Positions 55,253-64,000 of a DNA stretch of 64,000 nt are shown here, one piece after another. How positions within the stretch are numbered: position 1 is the first letter of the stretch; every line of letters starts with the position of its first letter. This stretch comes from Coriobacteriaceae bacterium (GTDB lineage: Bacteria > Actinomycetota > Coriobacteriia > Coriobacteriales > Coriobacteriaceae): positions 37,319 to 101,318 of the forward strand of contig JAUNDT010000003.1 in assembly GCA_030525945.1 (NCBI GenBank), written 5' to 3'. A program made the position numbers and the translations under genes. Under the pieces are notes generated by a model. It had not been told where the DNA came from, made no database searches, and worked only from the letters and a program-made list of their open reading frames with translations.

Positions 55253-58200
55253 ATGGCCTTCGTTCACCTGCACAACCACACCGTCTACTCCATGTTGGAC
55301 GGCGCCACACGCATCAAGGATATGGTCAAGCGCGCCGTTGACCTGGGCATGCCCGCCGTGGCCATCACCGACCACGGTTACATGTACGGCGTTCCCGAGC
55401 TCGGCCTCGCCTGCGATGCCGTGAACCACGGCACGCCCGAGTACAAGGTCTGGAGCCACGACAAGTCCTTCCTGGAAAAGGGCCGCCGCGACGAGCTCGA
55501 GGCGCCCGATCCCGACAAAGACCCGCGCGGCTACGAGCAGCACATGAAGGACCTGGCGATGTGGGACGAGGCGGGCAACATCGACGCCCTCAAGCCGCCC
55601 CTGGTTATTAAGCCCATCTTCGGCTGCGAGGTCTACTTCACCCCCGACGACACCCTGGCGCGCGACCGCAAGCCCGAGCTCTACCACATGGTGCTCTTCG
55701 CCCAAAACGAAGAGGGCTACGTCAATCTCATGCAGACGGTCTCCGAGGCCGCCGTGCAGGGCTTTTACTACAAGCCCCGCGTGACGCTGGACAACCTGCG
55801 CCGTCATGCCAAGGGCCTCATCGCCAGCTCGGCGTGCATCGCCGGCATCATCCCCAAGTGCATCGACCGCGGCGAGATGGACAAGGCGCTCGAGTGGGCG
55901 GAGATCTTCCGCGACACGTTCGAGCCCGGCAACTTCTACATCGAGATCCAGGAGCACGGCATCACCACCGATTCCGGCATCACCGACGAGGAGCTCTCCA
56001 AGACGCTCATCGAGATCGCTGCCCAGGTGGGCGTGAAGGTCATCGCCACCAACGACTTCCACTACCTCACGCGCGAGGACGCCCCGGTTCAGGACGTGGT
56101 TATGTGCATCGGCACGGGCTCCAAGATCGACGATCCCAACCGCATCCGCATGGAGGGCTCGGAGTTCTACATGAAGACCGAGGAGGAGATGCGCGCGTTG
56201 TTCCCGTATTGCCCCGAGGCCTGCGACAACACGCTCGAGATCGCCGAGAAATGCAACGTCGAGCTCGATTGGGACAGCATCATCCTGCCGAATTACCCGC
56301 TGCTCGACCCTGGCGAGACGCATGAGAGCCAGTTCCGCCGCGAGTGCGAGGAGGGCCTGGCCAAGCGCTACGGACCGGATTGGGACGGCAAGGAGATCGG
56401 CGGCGTCGACATCCGCGAGCGCTTCGAATTCGAGTACAAGGTCATCTGCGACAAGGGCTTTGCCGCGTACTTCCTCATCGTTGCCGAGTACGTGCGCTGG
56501 GCCAAGCAAAACGGCATCGGCGTCGGCCCGGGGCGTGGCTCGGCGGCGGGCGCTCTCGTTGCGTACGCCATGGACATCACCACCTTCGACCCGCTGTCGA
56601 ACGGCCTCATGTTCGAGAGGTTCCTCTCTCCCGAACGTACCGAGATGCCCGATATCGATATGGACTTCGACGATGAGCGAAGGCTCGAGGTAATCGAGCA
56701 CGTTCGCCAGCTTTACGGTCCCGAAAAGGTCACGCACGTCATCACTTATTCCACCATTAAGGCCAAGCAGGCCATCAACGACGCCGCCCGCGTGCTCGAC
56801 TACCCCGTCTACATGGGCCAGCGCCTGTCCAAGATGGTGCCGGGCGACCCCGGCGTCAAGCTCAACCAGGTGCTCGAGAAGATCCCCGGCAAGGAGGACA
56901 TGTTCAACCCCGACCTGGTCGAGGCCTATCAAAAGGACGAGGACGCCCGCCGCATCATCGACACGGCGCTCTCCATCGAGGGCCTCACCCGCGGCGAGGG
57001 CGTGCACGCGTGCGCGGTCCTCATCTGCCGCGACGCGGTGAACGAGCACGTCCCCACCAAGCTCGACACCAAGGGCGGCGTGGAGATCACCCAGTACGAA
57101 GGCCATACCGTGGCGGACATGGGCCTGCTCAAGATGGACTTCCTGGGCCTGCGCACGCTCACGGTCATCTCCAAGGCCAAGGCCAACATCAAGAAGAACC
57201 ACGGCATCGATATCGACGTGGACGCGATTCCCTTTGATGACCCCAAGATCTTCGAGCTCATGAGTTCGGGCCGCACCGCCGGCGTGTTCCAGGTCGAGTC
57301 CGCGGGCATGACGGCTACCATCAAGAACATGAAGCCCACCGAGTACAAGCACGTGGTCGCTCTGATCGCCCTGTACCGCCCGGGCCCGCTGGGCGCCGGC
57401 ATGGTCGCGAGCTATATCAACCGCATGAACGGCAAGGAGCCGGCGGTCTCCTATGACCCGCGCCTCGACGGCATCCTGGGCGAAACCTACGGCACCATGG
57501 TCTACCAGGAGCAGGTTATGCTCATCTCAGTCGAGATGTGCGGCTTCTCCAAGGGTGAGTCGGACTCCCGTATCCGCAAGCCGGTGGCAAAGAAGAAGAT
57601 CAAGATGCTGACCGACCAGGTTTTCAAATGGTCGGACGGCGAGGACGAGACCATCTACGACCACTGGATGAACGGCGCGGAGAAGAACGGCTACAAGCGC
57701 GAGGTCGCGCAGAAGATCTGGGACGACGTTCTCGAGTTCGCGTCCTACGCGTTCAACAAGTCGCACTCCGCCGGCTACGCCATCCTGGTTATGCAGACCG
57801 CCTGGCTGAAGGCCCATTACCCCAACGAGTACATGGCGGCCGTGCTCACCTCCTACACGGGCAAGACCGACAAGATCGTGCACTACGTCTCGGCGTGCCG
57901 CCATGACGGCATCGCCGTGCTGCCGCCCGACATCAACGAGTCCGGCACCGAGTTCACGGCGACCGCCGAGGGCGTGCGCTTTGGCCTGGCGGGCATTCGC
58001 GGCGTGGGCGAGGGCGTGACCGAGGCCATCATCGCCGAGCGCGAGAAGGGCGGGCCCTTCAAGAACCTGCACGATTTCGTCGAGCGCGTGGATTCCAGCC
58101 AGGCGAACCGTCGCGTGATCGAGGCCCTCATCAAGGGCGGCGCCTTCGACTCGACTGGCTACCCGCGCCGTCAGCTCATGCACTTTGTGGACCGCGACAA

Positions 58201-59056
58201 CCCCGAGAACATCATCGATGCCGCCGCCAAGCGCCAAAAGGACCGCGCGGCCGGGCAGACCTCGCTGTTCGACGTGTTCGGCGACGTGGAGGGCTCGGGC
58301 TTTGAGGTCACCGTGCCCGAGCCGGACGGCCAGGAGTGGGACCGCCATATGAAGCTCACCTTCGAGAAGGAGGTGCTGGGCATCTACGTCTCCGACCACC
58401 CGCTGCGACCGTACGAGTACGCGCTGGCGAAGGCACGTGAGTTCACCTTGTCGCAGATCGATACCGGCTTTGAAACCATGGGACCCACCGGCAACGCCGT
58501 GAGCCAGGAGATTCCCGAAGGCAAGCCGTATTGGTGGGCCGGCATGGTCTCGAGCGTGAGCAAGCGCGTGACCAAGAACGGCGACCCCATGGGCATCGTG
58601 ACGCTGGAGGACATGGAAGGCGAGGCCACGGTCGTCATCTTCCCCAAGGCATACAAGCAGTGCGAGAGCTATCTCTACGGCGAGGTCGACCCCGAGACCG
58701 GCGCGCAGCTCTCCGACGCGTTCATTCGCGTGAAGGGCAAGCTCGAGCGTTCCGACCGAGGCGACCAGATTATCGCGCAGGAAATCGAGCCGCTCGTGCT
58801 GAACGAGGAGAGCAACCGCCCCAAGGTGTTCGAGGTCATGGTGCCGAGTTCGCGGTTCTCGCAGTCGAATATGGCGCGCCTCGCCACGGTGCTGGCCACG
58901 AATCCGGGCGGCGACCGCGTCGAGCTCTTCGTTGAGCAAGGTGACGGCCAGACCATGCGCGCCGAGATCCCCGTGCGCGTGAATGTCCGCTCGATTGCGC
59001 TGATCGCCGAGGTCAAGGGCATCGTGGGCAACAAGGGCCGAGTGACGGTGATCTAG
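55253..59056 (+). CDS. dnaE: DNA polymerase III alpha subunit
   Basis: HLHNHTVYS, TDHG, GRGSAAG, PDIDMDF, KMDFLGL and YAFNKSHS. Confidence 0.97.
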   Translation: MAFVHLHNHTVYSMLDGATRIKDMVKRAVDLGMPAVAITDHGYMYGVPELGLACDAVNHGTPEYKVWSHDKSFLEKGRRDELEAPDPDKDPRGYEQHMKDLAMWDEAGNIDALKPPLVIKPIFGCEVYFTPDDTLARDRKPELYHMVLFAQNEEGYVNLMQTVSEAAVQGFYYKPRVTLDNLRRHAKGLIASSACIAGIIPKCIDRGEMDKALEWAEIFRDTFEPGNFYIEIQEHGITTDSGITDEELSKTLIEIAAQVGVKVIATNDFHYLTREDAPVQDVVMCIGTGSKIDDPNRIRMEGSEFYMKTEEEMRALFPYCPEACDNTLEIAEKCNVELDWDSIILPNYPLLDPGETHESQFRRECEEGLAKRYGPDWDGKEIGGVDIRERFEFEYKVICDKGFAAYFLIVAEYVRWAKQNGIGVGPGRGSAAGALVAYAMDITTFDPLSNGLMFERFLSPERTEMPDIDMDFDDERRLEVIEHVRQLYGPEKVTHVITYSTIKAKQAINDAARVLDYPVYMGQRLSKMVPGDPGVKLNQVLEKIPGKEDMFNPDLVEAYQKDEDARRIIDTALSIEGLTRGEGVHACAVLICRDAVNEHVPTKLDTKGGVEITQYEGHTVADMGLLKMDFLGLRTLTVISKAKANIKKNHGIDIDVDAIPFDDPKIFELMSSGRTAGVFQVESAGMTATIKNMKPTEYKHVVALIALYRPGPLGAGMVASYINRMNGKEPAVSYDPRLDGILGETYGTMVYQEQVMLISVEMCGFSKGESDSRIRKPVAKKKIKMLTDQVFKWSDGEDETIYDHWMNGAEKNGYKREVAQKIWDDVLEFASYAFNKSHSAGYAILVMQTAWLKAHYPNEYMAAVLTSYTGKTDKIVHYVSACRHDGIAVLPPDINESGTEFTATAEGVRFGLAGIRGVGEGVTEAIIAEREKGGPFKNLHDFVERVDSSQANRRVIEALIKGGAFDSTGYPRRQLMHFVDRDNPENIIDAAAKRQKDRAAGQTSLFDVFGDVEGSGFEVTVPEPDGQEWDRHMKLTFEKEVLGIYVSDHPLRPYEYALAKAREFTLSQIDTGFETMGPTGNAVSQEIPEGKPYWWAGMVSSVSKRVTKNGDPMGIVTLEDMEGEATVVIFPKAYKQCESYLYGEVDPETGAQLSDAFIRVKGKLERSDRGDQIIAQEIEPLVLNEESNRPKVFEVMVPSSRFSQSNMARLATVLATNPGGDRVELFVEQGDGQTMRAEIPVRVNVRSIALIAEVKGIVGNKGRVTVI

Positions 59057-59070
59057 GTCGTCCGTGCGGA

Positions 59071-59173
59071 CGGCGGCATATATCATCCGCTGCTCGGACA
59101 GTCCTGCTCGCACGAAGGCCCCACTGGGGCCTTCGGCTCGTGCGGAACTCGCGACGGACGATATATGCCGCCG
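59071..59173 (-). repeat. Structured interspersed repeat, copy C (inverted relative to A/B/D)
   Basis: The reverse complement matches the core cgcgagttccgcacgagccgaaggccccagtggggccttcgtgcgagcaggactgtccgagcag. Confidence 0.9.
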
Positions 59174-59324
59174 CCCGCCCTGCCCTCACTTCGTCGTTTT
59201 ACGCGCCCCGACGGTGGTTGGTGGCTTATGGGTGAGGTTGCATGTCTTTCGTTTATGCTGCGGTTGCTTTGGGCATACTAGTTCTTAGTTGTATATACAG
59301 CGAAGCCTGAAAGGATTGATTCGT

Positions 59325-59690
59325 ATGGCTACGTTTTTCAAGAATGATGAGACGGGTAAGTTCCTCGCGGCGGTCGACGCCGACATGGTGGCTCCCGCCG
59401 ACTACACCGAGGTCGTTGCCAACTCCGTGGACGCTGCTGTTGAGAAGCACGTTCCCGTGGTGGACGTTCAGCGCGACGGCCACGTGCTCAATGTGACCGT
59501 GGGCGAGGTCGACCACCCCATGGAGCCGGAGCACTACATCGAGTGGATTGCGCTCGAGGCCGCCGGTCGCCTGGAGTTCCACTACCTCAAGCCGGGCCAG
59601 ACCCCGACCACGTTCTTCGCGGGCGGCGCCAAGACCGGTATCGTGTACGCCTACTGCAACCTGCATGGTCTGTGGAAGGCCGAGTTCTAA
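59325..59690 (+). CDS. Superoxide reductase (desulfoferrodoxin family; N-terminal domain lacks Cys)
   Basis: EKHVP, HPMEPEHYIEWI and YCNLHGLW. Confidence 0.92.
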   Translation: MATFFKNDETGKFLAAVDADMVAPADYTEVVANSVDAAVEKHVPVVDVQRDGHVLNVTVGEVDHPMEPEHYIEWIALEAAGRLEFHYLKPGQTPTTFFAGGAKTGIVYAYCNLHGLWKAEF

Positions 59691-59693
59691 TTT

Positions 59694-61673
59694 ATGAAAC
59701 TTGCACTCGCGCAGATCAACGAACGACTCGGTGATTTCGACGGCATCTGCTCTCGTATCGAGAAGCAGGCGCTTTTGGCGCACGAGGCCGGCGCGGACTT
59801 GCTTTGCATGCCCGCGCCGCTCTTTTGCGGCGTAACGCCCGCTTCCTTTGCGGAGTATCCGAACTACGAGCATGACCTGCTGCGCCATCTGCGCCAGGTC
59901 GCGCTCGCGGTTGAGCCGCTGGGAATCGCATGCTTGGTCCCCGCCGTTTTGGCGCTCGAAGCGGGCCAGCTCTTCGAGGTGTTCCTGCTGCGCGAGGGCC
60001 GTGTTGTGCCCCTGCGGCTCACGATGATCCGCCATCACGACGAACTCCCCGTATCGCCGTGGTCTCCGCCGATTTTCGAGGTGGCGGGCACGCGCGTCGC
60101 CGCGACGTTCGATGTCATGCGCGATATCGATTCGATTCCCGGCGGATGCGACCTCGTGGTGTATTTTTGCGTCAACGGATTCGACGCATCCGACGAAACA
60201 ACCGCTGCCGTAGCGGCGGTTTCGGACGGGGCGTTTTCTGCCCAGGTCGAGCGCGCGGGCGTTTGGATGGCGTGCATGTCCGCTGTTGGAGGCTACGACG
60301 CTTCGGTGTATACGGGCGGCTCGTTTGTGATGGACGACGCCGGCCGCGTGGTTTCTCAAGCCCCCTGCTTTGAGGAGGCGCTGCTCATCCAAGATGTCCA
60401 GCGCGGTATGATGACCGATGTCCTGCCGAGCCGCGAGCTGCCGGTGTATTCAAAGGAGCTGTGGCTGTGGGAGGCCCTGCGCCTGTACGTGCGCGATGCG
60501 GTTGCTGCTCAGGGGAGCGCACGCGTTGTGGTTCCCATGACGGGCGATACGGCGAGCAGCCTGCTCGCCTCGCTTGCGGTTGATGCCCTGGGGTCTCGAA
60601 ACGTGCTCGGCCTTTTGGTGTCGCATGAGGACGCGTGCACGTCCGCCGCGCAGCGAGCGGAGGATCGCAATGCCGATGTGGCGCGCGAGCTCGCGTCGAG
60701 TCTTCGCATTCGCCTTGTTGAGCGCGTTGCTCCGAGTGAGGCGCTGGTGTTCGACCGCGATGCGGTCTCGCGCGCTGAGAGCGAGCTTGCTCGTGCGATC
60801 GATGCGCTTTTGCTGGCAGATACCGCGCGCGTGCAAAGCGCCGTGCCCCTGAGCGCCTTTACCAAGACGGATGCCGCGCTTCGGGCGAACGCGCTCTCCG
60901 CAATTGACACGGGCGTCATCGCGCCGTTTGCCGACGTGTTCCTCTCAACGCTTACCTGTCTTGCCCGTTGCCGTATGGGCGCTGCCGCAGCGCTTCCGGG
61001 CGCCGTGCTGGATGCCACGGCCCAGCACGAGGAGTACCGGGCGGTCGTCCGCGATGCAGTGGCACTGCTGCATCTTAACAATGCGGACATGGAGGAGCGG
61101 TGCTGCCGCTTGCTTGCCCAGTTTGATGCGGCACAGGTCGATCAGGCACTGGCTGCGCACGTCGAGCGCAATGTGACCCTCGAGGATCTCCCGTTGTTTG
61201 ATAAGAGTCCCGAGATGAGCGCCGTACTCATGCTGTTGGTGCGCCGCAACGAGGCGGGACGTCGCCGTTTGCCCATGTACCCCATCGTATCCGGGCGTTC
61301 GTTCGCTGAGCGGCTGTGGCCCGAGCAGCTGGCGTGGTCCGATTTCGGCTTGCGCTCGGAGGAGCGCCTGACTGCCGCGGATTTTGCCGAGCAGGAGTAC
61401 CAGCGGCTTGAACAGCGCGGGGACGAGCGTGGTGCTCAGGCGCGCGGCGAGGTCATGGGTATGCTCGGAGCGCTGCTGGGCCTTACACCCGAGCAGCAGC
61501 AAGAGCTCATGAGCGAAGAGGGTCAGCAGCGCATGCGCGCGGAGCTCCACGAGCTTGAGGGCAATATGCGCGATATGCTCCGCAAGATGGCCGCGTCCCA
61601 GGCGTCGCACTCCCAGGAGGGCGAAGGCGGCCCCGGACTCAAGCAGCCGTTTTCCTTCTTCTCGTTGAACTAA
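59694..61673 (+). CDS. Degenerate glutamine-dependent NAD synthetase-like protein (nitrilase + NAD synthase architecture)
   Basis: MKLALAQIN..LGDFDG, VGGYDASVYTGGS and LRLYVRD; canonical catalytic motifs are altered. Confidence 0.65.
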   Translation: MKLALAQINERLGDFDGICSRIEKQALLAHEAGADLLCMPAPLFCGVTPASFAEYPNYEHDLLRHLRQVALAVEPLGIACLVPAVLALEAGQLFEVFLLREGRVVPLRLTMIRHHDELPVSPWSPPIFEVAGTRVAATFDVMRDIDSIPGGCDLVVYFCVNGFDASDETTAAVAAVSDGAFSAQVERAGVWMACMSAVGGYDASVYTGGSFVMDDAGRVVSQAPCFEEALLIQDVQRGMMTDVLPSRELPVYSKELWLWEALRLYVRDAVAAQGSARVVVPMTGDTASSLLASLAVDALGSRNVLGLLVSHEDACTSAAQRAEDRNADVARELASSLRIRLVERVAPSEALVFDRDAVSRAESELARAIDALLLADTARVQSAVPLSAFTKTDAALRANALSAIDTGVIAPFADVFLSTLTCLARCRMGAAAALPGAVLDATAQHEEYRAVVRDAVALLHLNNADMEERCCRLLAQFDAAQVDQALAAHVERNVTLEDLPLFDKSPEMSAVLMLLVRRNEAGRRRLPMYPIVSGRSFAERLWPEQLAWSDFGLRSEERLTAADFAEQEYQRLEQRGDERGAQARGEVMGMLGALLGLTPEQQQELMSEEGQQRMRAELHELEGNMRDMLRKMAASQASHSQEGEGGPGLKQPFSFFSLN

Positions 61674-61705
61674 AGTCGCAAGCGTCTCCGTTTCGTGCTA
61701 TATTA

Positions 61706-61717
61706 GAACAGACGTTC
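61706..61717. promoter_or_regulatory. LexA (SOS) box upstream of ruvCAB
   Basis: GAAC-AGAC-GTTC, the Gram-positive consensus, between TATATT and TATAGT -10-like hexamers. Confidence 0.75.
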
Positions 61718-61742
61718 GTATAGTGCGGGGGGAGGTGCATCC

Positions 61743-62267
61743 ATGGTCATCTTAGGAATAGACCCGGGTCTGGCAAATACCGGCTGGGGCATTGTGGAAG
61801 AGCGAACCGGAGAGGTTCGCTGCCGTGCCTATGGGTGCATAGAGACCTCGGCGGGCTCAGATCTTGCGGCCCGGCTGCGGCGTATTGCCGATGAGCTACG
61901 GCACGTGGTCGAGCGCTACCATCCGCAGGAAGCGGCTGTCGAGGGCATTTACTTCGGGGCCAACGTCCGGTCCGCGATCCCAACGGCCCATGCGCGAGGG
62001 GCCGCCCTCGTATCGTGCTCGCTATGCGGCGTCGAGGTCGGCGAGTACACCCCTATGCAGATCAAGCAGGCGGTCGTGGGCACCGGTTCCGCAGATAAAG
62101 CCCAAGTAACCTATATGGTGCGAACGCTTTTGCATCTCGATCACGACCCCAAGCCCGACCACGCGGCAGACGCGCTCGCTTGCGCGGTATGCCATGCGCA
62201 CTTGCGCAGGACGCACGCGCTCACCGATGGCGCGTTCACTCAACAGAAGGGAAACCCGTACGCATGA
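61743..62267 (+). CDS. ruvC: Holliday junction resolvase
   Basis: ILGIDPGL, EAAVE, EYTPMQIKQAVVGTG.ADK.QV and DHAADALA. Confidence 0.96.
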   Translation: MVILGIDPGLANTGWGIVEERTGEVRCRAYGCIETSAGSDLAARLRRIADELRHVVERYHPQEAAVEGIYFGANVRSAIPTAHARGAALVSCSLCGVEVGEYTPMQIKQAVVGTGSADKAQVTYMVRTLLHLDHDPKPDHAADALACAVCHAHLRRTHALTDGAFTQQKGNPYA

Positions 62268-62893
62268 TCTCGCAGGTATATGGATCGGTGCTCGAGGCTT
62301 TTCCGACCTCGGTGGTTATCGATGTCAACGGCATAGGTTTTGAGCTGGGCATATCGGCGAGCACCGCAGCGGCGCTTCCGCCGGTGGGGGAGAGTGCGCG
62401 CCTCTATACGAGGATGGTGGTCCGCGAGGATTCCTGCACGCTGTTCGGTTTTGCAACGCGGGACGAGCGGACGATGTTCGACCGCCTGGTCGCGGTGAGC
62501 GGTGTGGGCGCAAAGCTCGCGCTCGCCGTGCTGTCGACGTACAGCGCTCAGCAGCTGTACGCCGTGGTGATGGCGCAGGATGACAAGGCGATGTCCAAGG
62601 TTTCCGGCGTAGGCAAAAAGACGGCTCAGCGACTTATCCTTGAGCTTAAAAGCGTATTCGAGAAAGACCGCAGCCTTGCCGGTGCGAGCGTTTCGTTTGC
62701 CGAGGCGCCGCTGCCATTGGCTGTGGGCGCAGCGCAGGCATCCACGGCTTTAGACGATGCCATGGAGGCGCTGCTGTCCATGGGGTTCACCTCGCAGGAG
62801 GCGTCGCTTGCGCTCGATGGTTTTGACGGTTCCAATATGCGGGTCGAAGAGCTGCTTGGCGCGGCGCTGAAGCGCTTGGGGATGGATGCGTAA
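62264..62893 (+). CDS. ruvA: Holliday junction DNA-binding subunit
   Basis: [27 protein letters not shown] and [15 protein letters not shown]. Confidence 0.95.
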   Translation: MISQVYGSVLEAFPTSVVIDVNGIGFELGISASTAAALPPVGESARLYTRMVVREDSCTLFGFATRDERTMFDRLVAVSGVGAKLALAVLSTYSAQQLYAVVMAQDDKAMSKVSGVGKKTAQRLILELKSVFEKDRSLAGASVSFAEAPLPLAVGAAQASTALDDAMEALLSMGFTSQEASLALDGFDGSNMRVEELLGAALKRLGMDA

Positions 62894-63966
62894 TGTGGGA
62901 AGCAGATGATTCGGTTGACCTGTGGGCGGATGTTCCCGCACGTGGCGGCGCTCGCGGCAATAGCGAGACCGAGCGCTTCGTTACCGGGGAGCTCACGTCC
63001 GATGACCTGGATGTCGAGCGCAATTTAAGGCCCCAGCGTCTCGACGACTACTGCGGTCAGAGCCATATCAAGCAGAGTCTGAAGATTTTGATCGAGGCTG
63101 CGCAGAGCCGTGGCGAGTGCCTGGACCATGTGATCTTCTCCGGGCCTCCTGGCCTGGGTAAGACCACGCTGGCCGCCGTTGTCGCCAATGAGATGGGGGC
63201 GCAGATCAAGACGACGTCGGGTCCCGCCATCGCGCGCACGGGAGACCTCGCGGCGATTCTGACGAACCTGCAGCCGGGTGACGTGCTGTTCATCGACGAG
63301 ATTCACCGTCTCAACCGTCAGGTCGAGGAGATTTTGTATCCCGCGATGGAGGACTTCTCGCTCGACATCGTCATTGGCAAGGGCCCTGCCGCCCGTTCGA
63401 TCCGCCTGGATATCCCGCACTTCACCCTTGTGGGAGCCACCACGCGCTCGGGCATGCTCACCGGGCCCTTGCGCGATCGCTTTGGCATTTCCTTCCGTCT
63501 GGATTATTACGGTATTGAGGACTTGGCCGACATCGTGTGCCGATCGGCTGCCATTTTGGGCGTGGATATCGACCGGGCCTCGGCGATCGAGGTGGCCTCG
63601 CGCTCGCGCGGCACGCCACGTCTGGCGAATCGCCTGCTCAAGCGCGTACGCGATTACGCGCAGGTGCGTGGCGGGGGAGCCATCGACTTGGCGATCGCGC
63701 GGGAGGCCATGGCGTTTTTCGAGATTGACGAGTTGGGCCTGGATTGGATGGATATCCGCATCCTGGAGACGCTGTGCAAGACGTTCCGCGGTCGCGCCGT
63801 GGGCCTGTCGACGCTTGCGAGCGCCACGGGCGAGGACGCCAACACGCTCGAGGACGTCTACGAGCCGTATCTGCTGCAGTGCGGTCTTATCGTGCGCACG
63901 CCGCAGGGCCGCATGGCAACTCCGGCGGCCTTTGAGCACTTGGGGCTTGAGCAGCCAAACTGTTAG
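62893..63966 (+). CDS. ruvB: Holliday junction branch-migration ATPase
   Basis: [28 protein letters not shown] and [11 protein letters not shown]. Confidence 0.97.
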   Translation: MWEADDSVDLWADVPARGGARGNSETERFVTGELTSDDLDVERNLRPQRLDDYCGQSHIKQSLKILIEAAQSRGECLDHVIFSGPPGLGKTTLAAVVANEMGAQIKTTSGPAIARTGDLAAILTNLQPGDVLFIDEIHRLNRQVEEILYPAMEDFSLDIVIGKGPAARSIRLDIPHFTLVGATTRSGMLTGPLRDRFGISFRLDYYGIEDLADIVCRSAAILGVDIDRASAIEVASRSRGTPRLANRLLKRVRDYAQVRGGGAIDLAIAREAMAFFEIDELGLDWMDIRILETLCKTFRGRAVGLSTLASATGEDANTLEDVYEPYLLQCGLIVRTPQGRMATPAAFEHLGLEQPNC

Positions 63967-64000
63967 CGCTTTGCGTCATCCGAGTGCATGGCGAATACGT

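Noticed and set aside
55427-55606. Intein in dnaE
   Set aside because: Too short, lacks the C/S start and HN end, and is not at a known DnaE intein site.

Overview
A GC-rich bacterial chromosome segment. The gene families suggest Coriobacteriia (Actinomycetota); this is an inference. The housekeeping backbone runs: gpmI (5'-truncated), secG, an Opp/Dpp-type peptide ABC operon plus a second binding protein, five tRNAs (Leu, Cys, Gly x2, Val), a PAS-GAF-PP2C phosphatase with a STAS/RsbW-like fusion, nrdD/nrdG with NrdR boxes, folE, birA, a Na+-pumping oxaloacetate decarboxylase operon, HD protein/folB, a YgiQ radical SAM, mgtA, mnmA, cysK/Rrf2, apbE, addB/addA-like genes, dnaE, superoxide reductase, a degenerate NadE-like protein and ruvCAB. 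No integrase, transposase or CRISPR array was recognised. The unusual content is mostly non-coding, with several unrelated palindromic repeat families bracketing accessory genes. (1) A four-copy, ~100-150 bp structured element has conserved internal loops and compensatory stem changes; two direct copies enclose a Phd/RelE toxin-antitoxin pair that splits nrdD from nrdG, and two more bracket dnaE. (2) Two 283-bp mosaic (BIME-like) direct repeats enclose a ~6.6-kb cargo: an RRE-like radical SAM/SPASM gene, a DUF2975-like/XRE pair, and a secreted protein with an ABC export cassette. (3) Two ~56-bp palindromes enclose a DUF559/Vsr-like endonuclease gene. There is also a candidate 32-aa leader peptide upstream of mgtA. 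All family assignments come from motifs recognised by eye, not from database searches.
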